Below, in pieces: positions 1 to 10,233 of a stretch of 64,000 nucleotides of DNA. Below the pieces are notes generated by a model. That model worked only from the letters and a program-made list of their open reading frames with translations. It ran no database searches and had not been told where the DNA came from. The DNA lies in the NCBI GenBank assembly GCA_964035545.1, contig OZ037766.1, positions 13,816,722 through 13,880,721 on the forward strand, given 5' to 3'. Both the position numbers and the translations under genes were made by a program. The stretch is from Bugula neritina. Its lineage: Eukaryota; Animalia; Bryozoa. Position 1 is the stretch's first letter, and each line of letters opens with the position of its first letter.

Positions 1-174
1 TTTTGGGATGAAAATTAATACAAACTACTTAAAGTTAAAGAGAACGAGGAAAAAAATTCTATGTTAATTTTTATGCAGTTTTCACTTCAAAAAGAAACAA
101 GAAACTTGCATGAGGTTTTCTCATGGTTGAAAGCTATTTTAAAAGAGCTGTTATTCAAAATATAAATGATAAAT

Positions 175-592
175 AGTATATGCATAAAATATATGTATAT
201 ATTTGTCTAATACATGTATATAATATATGTGCGTGCGTGTGTGTGTGTATATATATTATATGTATACAATATATGCATTTATTATATGTATATGCGTGTA
301 ATATATGTATATATTTATATGTATATATTATATGTATACAATATATGTATTTATTATATGTATATGCGTGTAATATATGTATATAATATATGTATATATA
401 CTAATATGTATATATTATATGTATACAATATATGCATTTGTTATATGTATATATGTAATATATGTATATAATATATTTATATATGTGTGTAATACAATGT
501 ATATAATATATGTAGTATATAATATATGTATATAATATGTGTATATAATATATGTATATAATATATATGGTATATAATATATATGTATATAT
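175..592. repeat. Degenerate (TA)n/TATATG low-complexity microsatellite in an HGS intron
   Basis: Almost entirely TA/TG/CA dinucleotides with repeated ~60-nt blocks; source of spurious Y/I/C-rich ORFs. Confidence 0.9.
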
Positions 593-594
593 AC

Positions 595-3500
595 CTCCAG
601 TGGTTGGGTTCTGACTCTGGGTCAATGACTGTTTATAAAGAGGACTATTTAGATACTCTTGAGGCAGGCCAGACTCATCATCTGTTACCTCTGCCCCACC
701 TCTATAAATGACATACAGAGAAGTGTTCTACTATTGTAAACACCTTCTTATATATTACATAGTGATAATTAATATCACCACAGCTGTCTGACACAAAAAG
801 AGATCCACAAACCGCACAGAAACTACAGGACATTAATATGGGTTAGCTAAAAGAAATTTATGTATTGTATCTTATGAACTAGATTGTAACTCGTACATCA
901 ATTGCTATTAAAATGTCATAAATTCAAGTCAGTATTCAATTATTACCTTGTCTTATTCAGCTTAGCATAGCAGGCATCACAGACACGCACTTCCTTCTCA
1001 ATGCCAAACTTAGGAATGGTGCTGTTCTTGGATGAACACTTGGAACAAAAACTTTGTCCACAAGCTCTGCAGTGATGCTAAAAACACACATAATGTACAT
1101 CACTTTACACAACAAACAGAAATGAATGTAACTGGTGAATAATAGCGAGTTGCTCAAGCAGTATTATCTGCAGCTTTCAATGGAATCACTTAAATTTAAC
1201 TAAACCGATTGGCCCTTTCTGGTTTAAATTATCCACGTTTTATTGCACTTGCAACACTTGAAATTTGAATGGGCAACTAGACAGTGACCTTAATCTGAAC
1301 CTTAGTTGACCTTGACATAAATGCCTGCTCCTTACCCTTCTAGTCAGCATGCCAAAGTCATTTCTGCATGCAAAGCAGGATTCTTCTTCCTTCCACTGTG
1401 GAGGAACTTCAGAAGTGAACATTGCATCAGCCTCACGCAAAGTTGGAAATGACACACCTGAAATATTATTCAAAGAATTCTTTTAGGGAATCAAAACATT
1501 TCACTCAAATTCACAACACCTATTTAATTATTTAACGAGCAAATCAAATTCTCTAAGGCGCAAATGTTGACTGAAAAGAGCGATTGCTTACTTGAGGGTA
1601 AAATGAATACGCTTCACAACTAAAAAGTAACTTTGCAACAGGTGTCACAAAATTAATTAGCTATTAAGCCGAAAAAGCTGTTACAATTGGCGGAGAAAGT
1701 TGGTTATACAAGTTGTACTTTATTAATCATATTTGACCACTTAGATTTTAGGCTATGCCAGCCATTACAAAAATAAATTAATAGCAATTGTTGAACAGTT
1801 ATATTATTTCCAGGAGAATCACTCAGTATTTGTGACAGTTTTCTTGGCAAAATCTTTTATTCATTAATTGTTTTTTGTGAATTAAAAAAAGGTCAACATG
1901 AAGCTTCGTGCTTCATATATTATTTTAAAACTTTTGAATTGGATTGAAATTGGCGGGATTAAATATTTTCACTTACATTTTAACCAAAAATATGGTTACT
2001 TTTTTTACTTTTTCATCCTTTAGCTATACACCTAAAGTATTTCCATTTTCTGCCAAGATATCAATTACCCTCAATAATGGTAATAAATTGAAATTTCTAA
2101 GATTTTGGTCTCCTGGTGGATGATTAATTACCTGCCACCATGTAGTTTAATCAACTATCAACAGTATTTCCTTATGATGTGGATTTATGTATTATAAACT
2201 CCACATTATCATAATAATTTGAACATTTTTGAACAATGATTACTATTTCTCAACGAATTCACGCATTTATATTCTGATCACTGGATGCAAGAGAAACAAC
2301 AAACATTCATATCATACAGTGTAGCATTTATGTACTGACAGTCATTGCGAACTGTTTGAAAGTCAACAGAATGAGAGGACAAACAGACCTGTATTTTTCA
2401 TCTCATTAAAAGTATCGGTGACAACCTGGTATTCGCTATTATCTCGAAAGGCAAAAGCCCAGCACTGAATGAGCTCCAATATCTTAGCTTTGACACTATC
2501 CGTCTTCAGCTATAACATGCGTGACAAAAAATACGGCAATGAATCTGTATTTCAGTTAAACAAAAATATAGCTAGATGATGACTTTTCAACATGACAATA
2601 TGGATGCACAGAATTTCAACCAATGTTTGACTTGTCTTTTTATAGTATTATGTGAATATTTGGAATTCAATTGTTATGATTTGTTTAAAAGTTGTCTGCT
2701 TTATATTATCTATTGATATTGATAGACTTACAATGGGAAGTACCAATAAAGTTTCAAGATTAACAACAATTACCAACCAAATATCAAATATCTACAATTA
2801 ATTTTATAACAAAAACAATGAATGACTGCTCACACCCATACCTTTGATTGGTTTTTCATAAATTCCATGAATGACAAATTAGCCACTTCACTGTGTACTG
2901 CAGGTCCACAATTTTTGACAATTGATTCTAATATCTACCAAAAGAATAGCGAAATGCATGTAATCGCTCAAAATATGCCTCAAAATAAAACATTATGTTA
3001 AAAAATCTAAAAATTTTTCAACCCTATAACGCCTTGTATAAATATAATTTCACAACCAATATGCTATTAAGAATATAATATATGCACGTATAAATTGTGT
3101 GGGCAAAGTGTTCGGGAACGTATAAAGGAGCCAACTGTACACGATCACAACATCATATATATGTACTGTTGGTAGTGCAATCACTAACATATTATAACAC
3201 AATAATTTACACAAGGACAAAGTATAGGCTACCTGAAGAGCGTTTTTTGCTGAATTCTGGTTATCAAGCGAGATTTTTTTCATAATCCCATCAACAGCAT
3301 ACTTTGCTCTATAACAAATGATAAGTAAAATGCGCCCAGGTTTATAAAACAGTTTTAGATACACAAATGCTGTAGGAAAACAGTCTAGATAGTCAATGAT
3401 TTTTTATATATGCCCTGATAGTGTCCACCAAGCCTTCATGAAAGTAAATGTAATGAAATGTAGTGTAAATTAATATTACACTACACAGGACCACCTGTAT

Positions 3501-5133
3501 TCTAGGTCATGATCGTAACAAATTCAACACAGTCGAGCACAAAGATCTTTGAAAGCGTTTTTCACCAAAAGTTGTAATGCGCAGAGATCCGAAAATTTAT
3601 GCTTCCAAGACTTGGAAATTGTGCTCTTCCAACTGTGCCACAGGGATATAGTTATAGAAAGACAATTGACAATACCTCTAGAATTTACGAAACATAGCAG
3701 TCTACTTCTAAATAACAAACAATACTCAACAGAATTCTAACTCAAGATTACGCATTCATTTGTACACACAACAAGTAAATTTCTGTGTATTACCACTTAC
3801 TTGATTTCACCACTTCTTATTAAATCACAAATGAAAATAATTGCATCCCAATCAGGTTCTGTCAACTGAGGTGAAGTTCCTTTATCTAATCAATAGTAAC
3901 AAGAATAGCTAGTAAATATAATGCACCATTTAAGGTTACCAATTATGTAGATGATAAAACTTCCTACATCAACTACTACTAGTTCGGAAATTAACTATAA
4001 TATGGGTCATTTTATTTAATTTAATACACACTCAAAATTTCCAGTTTTTAGCTATTATTCACAATTTAGCTGCTAATGTATATGAGTTTTTGATCAAAAC
4101 TAACAAAAACAACTAAATAATCGAGTCATATAGGCCTACTAATTTACATACACATTTAAAACATTCTCAATATATAGGCTACCTATAAATTACATGTAGT
4201 CTGATTAATGATATTGTCAAAATATCAATATGAGAACATATTATTATTATTATTTAATGCTATTTATTTTGATCTTCCGCATATGGTGATTAAAACTAGA
4301 TACTTCTGCCTCCATTTAAAAATTTTGCACACACTATATTAATTATATTATCACTACTAATTTGTATTAAAATAAACTTCTGAACTGACCTGTTATGCTC
4401 ATTTACGTTTTTATGGCACATGATAAAAAATGCGCTATAATAAATTTAAATAACAATAAAAGTTGTTTATGATTATAAAAAGCTTAAGACAAATGACATT
4501 ACAAAAAAGGTCAAATACAAAAACAAATTAAATGAGCTTAAAAAACTAAATAATCGCTCTTCTTCATCAGCATGTATATTACGATGAGTCATTACATCCT
4601 ATAACTACAGACTTATGATAAGAATAGTAACTGATATTACTAATCAAATATTACTTAATAAATGCATAACCATACAGTGGTATAATAAAAATGAAATGAT
4701 TTAGACTCTGTTTTTAAAAAGACAATTATGTCCACAAGTCTTACAGTGATAATTTAAGCTATACAATACTTATACTTACACTGATAGCAATGAAAGTTTA
4801 AACTGAAACTGTGTTGCCAATGATCGACTTTACAGTTTAGAGCTTTAAGTTTTGCATCAATTGGAATAATCGTTATAATGATATGCCATATACTATTAGA
4901 TTTTTGCAATTTTTAACTAAACTTTTAATTATTTATTACTTTAAAATATTAAATTACAAGTAATGAAATATGAACATTAACTTCAACATGACTTAAACTT
5001 TTGGTTTACCTCAAAGGTTTGGTATCAACTCTGTAGAAGAAATTTAACTTTATTGCAAGTTTAACATTTTTTAAAAAAAGTTCTCACCTAAAGCTTTGTT
5101 AAAGCCACTTTTTCCAGTTCCATAATTTGCCAT
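595..5133 (-). CDS. HGS: Hepatocyte growth factor-regulated tyrosine kinase substrate (Hrs, ESCRT-0), 5' part: VHS + FYVE domains; gene continues beyond the left edge
   Basis: GT-AG coding exons (minus) 5088-5133, 3801-3885, 3233-3308, 2842-2934, 2389-2509, 1336-1457, 947-1077, 595-701 join in frame: MANYGTGKSGFNKALDKGTSPQLTEPDWDAIIFICDLIRSGEIK-AKYAVDGIMKKI...ILESIVKNCGPAVHSEVAN...KILELIQCWAFAFR...FPTLREADAMF...CFACRNDFGMLTRR-HHCRACGQSFCSKCSSKNSTIPKFGIEKEVRVCDACY...LPQEYLNSPL. This is the VHS and FYVE (RRHHCR, RVC) architecture of Hrs. Confidence 0.95.
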
Positions 5134-5775
5134 TTTTCTACAAAATGAATAATTATTTAATTTAAACAGCTTTCACCCTCAAACTCGCTGCCACTTGTTC
5201 CACTTCCTGCTTCCAGTTCCATCTACTCTTTATTTTAAATCAAATGACTAATCTTATACTAATGTAATTGTGAGTAATATTTATTACTATTACTATTACT
5301 ATTAGTATTACTATGTCTATTAGTATCACTGTAAGTATTAAGATTAATTACACTTGCACCAAGTAATTAGATTGAACTTTAGGTTGCTGTTGGTGTTACG
5401 TATACTTATATTTATACTTATACAGTTATAGTAAATAGTTATAAATGTACTTAATCTTATAGTTATTGTGTTAAACTTAAACTAGTAATACTAATAATAT
5501 TACTGTAATACTAATACTAATAGTAATAGTAATAGTAATACTAATGAGTAATGAGTAATACCAATAATGTATTAATTATAATATTAATAACACTAACAGT
5601 AACAGTAAATCATTTACTCATTAGTCATTACTGATTTAGTAAATGTAATAGTAATACTAAATCTAATAGTAATATTTAGTAATATTTCCAAGAAACTACT
5701 GTAAATGTAAGTTTACTATGCAACTACAATTCTCAATTCAAAATCAAAGGTAATGAAATTGCATTATAAACTCAC

Positions 5776-6000
5776 GTCAATGAAAAAGCTTGGAAGTTAT
5801 GAAGTGATTGTGTTTTTACTTGTCATACAGTTACGGTGACTCAGATTGAATTGATCCCGTGATAATTACGGGTAGCTGTGCATCCGGCTCAGTTAGAATA
5901 TGGCCTGGCTCTGCTTTTGGTACGATCTATACGCTTTTCAAAGCAGGCCTATTCTAGTGACACCATACAATCGACGCGAAAGTTGCATTACATTTACCGT
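5776..6000 (-). promoter_or_regulatory. Probable HGS non-coding first exon/promoter region
   Basis: Minus-strand donor gtgag at 5775-5771; local CpG enrichment at 5830-6000; the ATG exon (5133) has an acceptor just upstream, so a 5' UTR exon is required. Confidence 0.5.
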
Positions 6001-6838
6001 GATTTTATCCCAACACACAGAGAGAACTATCTCTGTGATTTAGACAAGACTTTAAAGTTTAAACCATTATAAAAAGCTTTAGTTTCAACGAGCGTGATAC
6101 ATATGCCCTATAAACCTTTGGTTTTAGCTAAGGTCTGTAAGGACTTGTGAGTTATGACTCTAGTTCATGCTATCTCTTCATCAAAATCTAAAACGTGTAG
6201 ATCCAACTCGATAGGAAGGATAACTCTTTATGATTGAAGTAATCTATGTGACTAATAATATTAGTTTTTCTGTACTCTATAGCAGTGGTTCCCAAACAAC
6301 TTTATAACTATACCATTCTCCGTTCATAAACTTCTAGCCTACTATTCATTTCCCTTTTTCTAAAATTGCAATTCATATAATATGTTATGTATAACGCTAT
6401 AATAATTATCTATATGTAATATTAGCCCAACTTACTAGGTTTACACCAGAATCGTAGTGGGTCTCCAGCATGTGCATTCGATTCTCAGCTCTCGCCAAAC
6501 TTTTCATCTGTACTAAAATCTATGATATCATAACTCCAATCACAATAGAACTATAATCCTACACTTCATATTTTGTTTTTGAATTTATCCTTCATGTTAA
6601 ATCATTCTTCAGTAAAAGTAAAAATATATATCCTATGGTGAGAATGAAGTACATGCCATTGATGAGATTTGAATCCTTTCAGCACTTCAATGTGACGGAA
6701 AAGTTTGAATTTTGAAGAGTAATTTGTGGAAATACGAGTTTATTTCTTATATGACCCATGTATAACTGTTCTGTGTATGACATCATGTCGCGTTTTATGT
6801 TCCACAAGTTTCTAACCTCCTTAGCATAATATAATTAT

Positions 6839-7715
<877 letters not shown>

Positions 7716-8132
7716 ATGCTACATTAGTATAGCTTATAAGTGCTTATGTAGAATCATTTAGCATTACAGTTATATCTTATTAGGTACGAGAATATAATAT
7801 ATTCTTATACTGCAATATATTAATCAATGGTGTGCTTTTACTTTCTTTATATAGTATTATAATAATTTTTTTAAAAATATTTCTTCTTTTTGATGAAAAA
7901 TTTATTTGCAAAGCCTAAATTTAGGATTCTGAATTTAAAACTAGTTTTGAACTATTAATTTACTAGAATTTTTGGGTGCTTCTTGTATTAAACAATATGG
8001 GAAAGTAATTTAGTGCCAAGACTTTAAGGCATAGAGTTGTCTTCTCAGTGTCCGATGTTGACGACCAGATATAGGGGAGTGACGTTACATTCTCTTCGCC
8101 TACACTCTACAGTCTACACTCTACTCAGTGAA

Positions 8133-8145
8133 GTCGCTAAGCAAC
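8133..8145. promoter_or_regulatory. Candidate RFX X-box (GTCGCTAAGCAAC), possible ARL16 promoter
   Basis: Resembles the X-box GTNRCY-N0-3-RGYAAC; lies in a CpG-containing patch upstream of ARL16, a cilia-associated GTPase. Confidence 0.35.
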
Positions 8146-8809
8146 TCATCACTATAATATTATTGTTCACTTTGAAAATCGCTTGGTGGTCACCAAGTGC
8201 GATGGTTTGGGGGCCTAGAGTTTAGAGTTCAGACAATGATGTGCATACAGATTCTATCTTTAGTCATCCCAACTAGGGGCTGCTTCTAGCGATATTATTT
8301 CATTTTCATTTAATTTAGATGATTTTTTGCTTACATCGCATTAACTTTAAGTTTATAAGCATGATCCCGGTTGCCATGTGTATTAATTTTTTCTTTAAAT
8401 AATATGGTGCCCGTTAATATTACGGTTTAATAAGGACAATTTGATAAGATATTTTCACACTTTGATGAGTAAATGTTAAAAATAAATTTAATTAGACAGT
8501 GAAGTTCCTTTTCAAGTTCACCTTGAAGATGCAATACAATTTTATTTTTAATTAATAATTTACAAATTAAAATTAATATACTTCTACCTCTAAACTCTAG
8601 TTCTATCTAGTACTAGTAAAAGTAACCATAATGATAATTTTCACTGTTAGTGTTAGGTTAAGAATTTATTTTTATTCCTGGATTCACTTTAAGTTGAAGT
8701 TACTAGTTAGACTTAGTCTTACTCTTAGCAACCATATTCATATTCATATTGGGTTAATGCTAATACCTAATACTAATGGTAATAGTAATACCAATATTAA
8801 TAGTAATAG

Positions 8810-9215
8810 TGTAATGGATTTTGCATGTACTTGTTTCCGGTTGCCGAGATCGGCCGAAATACCGAAAATCGGCGTTTCGGGCTACCGAAAACCCGAAATG
8901 CCGAAGTTCGGTGTTTCGGACTACCGAAATGCCGAAACGCCGAAATTCGGCGTTTCGGATGCCCGAAATGCCGAAGTTCGGCGTTTCGGGCCTCCGATCT
9001 CGGCAACAATGACAAAGCACTGTATCTTGTTGTATATAAAAGCCAGCGAGCTCCAGTGTTAGTCAGTCTACTACTGGAGCTCACTGGCAGAGGACCTTTA
9101 ATATATTATATCATTCAATTAAATAAAGATTTCTTCACTTTTACAATACATCTTGTTCTCTCTAACAAAGAGTATGTTCAGGCACTAGTTCTATTCAACC
9201 CACAAAAATACAACA
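8810..9215 (+). repeat. 5' LTR (406 bp)
   Basis: Starts TGTAATGG and ends ACAACA; TATA box TATATAAA at 9033-9040; AATAAA at 9122-9127; direct repeat of 16446-16851. Confidence 0.97.
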
Positions 9216-9216
9216 T

Positions 9217-9240
9217 TGGTGGCAGCAGTGGGATTTCGAA
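9217..9240 (+). other. Primer binding site complementary to the tRNA-Leu 3' end
   Basis: TGGTGGCAGCAGTGGGATTTCGAA immediately after the LTR; near-complement of the tRNA-Leu end ...TTCGAATCCCAC(C/T)GCTGCCA-CCA. Confidence 0.8.
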
Positions 9241-9265
9241 TAACTAGTTGCCAAAGGGGAACGAG

Positions 9266-10180
9266 ATGGCTCCGCCAGGGGAAACAGCCCCTGGGGCAAC
9301 GGAGACGGAGACACCAACCCTCACAGTAGAGGCTTTGGTTGCAGCCCTCCAGGGATTGCGGGAGCCAAGTCAGGCGCCACCTGGTGACAGGTACCGCCTC
9401 AAGCTCCCGAATTTCGGAGGGGAGGAGGATGTGGAGCAGTTCATCCGCGAGTTCGAAGATGTGGCCACCATCGCTGAATGGCCAGCCCCGGTGCGCATAC
9501 TTCAACTCCGGTCCTGTCTGACAGGCCAGGCGAAGAGCTTTGCTCTTGGGCCTGATGAAGCCCACATCCTGCGGGCCCTCAGGGCCCGATTCGGCCGGAC
9601 AGCCGAAGAGGCTGTGGATCGGCTACAGGCACTGAGGCGAAACCGCAAGACGACGTTAGAAGAGCATGCCAACACCGTGGAACGGTTGGCCCAGGCTGCT
9701 TACAGCCACGCCACAGGTACAGAAAGGAAGCGCCTAGTATACAACGCATTCTTTAAAAGCGTCAACGACTCTGGCCTGCAGCGCTACTGGCTGGCCGCCA
9801 AAGTTCGCACCTTGGAAGAAGCCCTGGAGATGGGCAAGTCATATTTCCAGGTGGAAGGGCTCCAAGAGAGGAGCTTCACCGCACACCAGGTAGCCGAGGG
9901 GGACCCAGAGGACGCCACACCCGTAACTCCACAAGTGTCGGCAGCGACAACTCCGTCGCCAGAACAGGCGCAGTTCGCCGTGTTAGTGGACATGATGAAG
10001 GGTCTACAGGCTACGGTAACCGAACTACAACGGAACCAGGCGGACAGGCGGGCTCCCCGGATACGGGACGACTCTGTCCGCCCCTCACAGCTTACCTGCT
10101 GGGGATGTGGAGCGTCTGGGCATGTAAAGAGACATTGCCCCAAGGGTAGCTTGCCTTTAAACAACCGAGGCTCACGGTAA
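9266..10180 (+). CDS. gag: Gag (capsid-like region + CCHC zinc knuckle)
   Basis: ORF 9248-10180, first ATG at 9266; LPNFGGEEDVEQFIREFEDVA..W capsid-like start and C-terminal CWGCGASGHVKRHCP (CX2CX4HX4C). Confidence 0.93.
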   Translation: MAPPGETAPGATETETPTLTVEALVAALQGLREPSQAPPGDRYRLKLPNFGGEEDVEQFIREFEDVATIAEWPAPVRILQLRSCLTGQAKSFALGPDEAHILRALRARFGRTAEEAVDRLQALRRNRKTTLEEHANTVERLAQAAYSHATGTERKRLVYNAFFKSVNDSGLQRYWLAAKVRTLEEALEMGKSYFQVEGLQERSFTAHQVAEGDPEDATPVTPQVSAATTPSPEQAQFAVLVDMMKGLQATVTELQRNQADRRAPRIRDDSVRPSQLTCWGCGASGHVKRHCPKGSLPLNNRGSR

Positions 10181-10224
10181 CTTCCGCCGACCGTGGGCCC
10201 CCAGCCAACCCCATCCGGGGGAGG
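10156..10224 (+). promoter_or_regulatory. -1 programmed ribosomal frameshift signal (U UUA AAC + predicted H-type pseudoknot)
   Basis: TTTAAAC at 10156-10162 is correctly phased in gag; the -1 frame is open into pol; 6-nt spacer; stem 10169-10178/10190-10199; loop 10181-10189 can pair with 10216-10224. Confidence 0.85.
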
Positions 10225-10233
10225 GGTCAGGGA

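Noticed and set aside
8854-8990. CRISPR-like array of palindromic repeats
   Set aside because: Spacers are only ~3-12 nt and partly repeat-derived, there are no cas genes, and the array lies inside a eukaryotic LTR.
8631-9247. Multiple overlapping ORFs in the LTR (also 16297-16886)
   Set aside because: They arise from the stop-poor palindromic array, and several begin outside the element.
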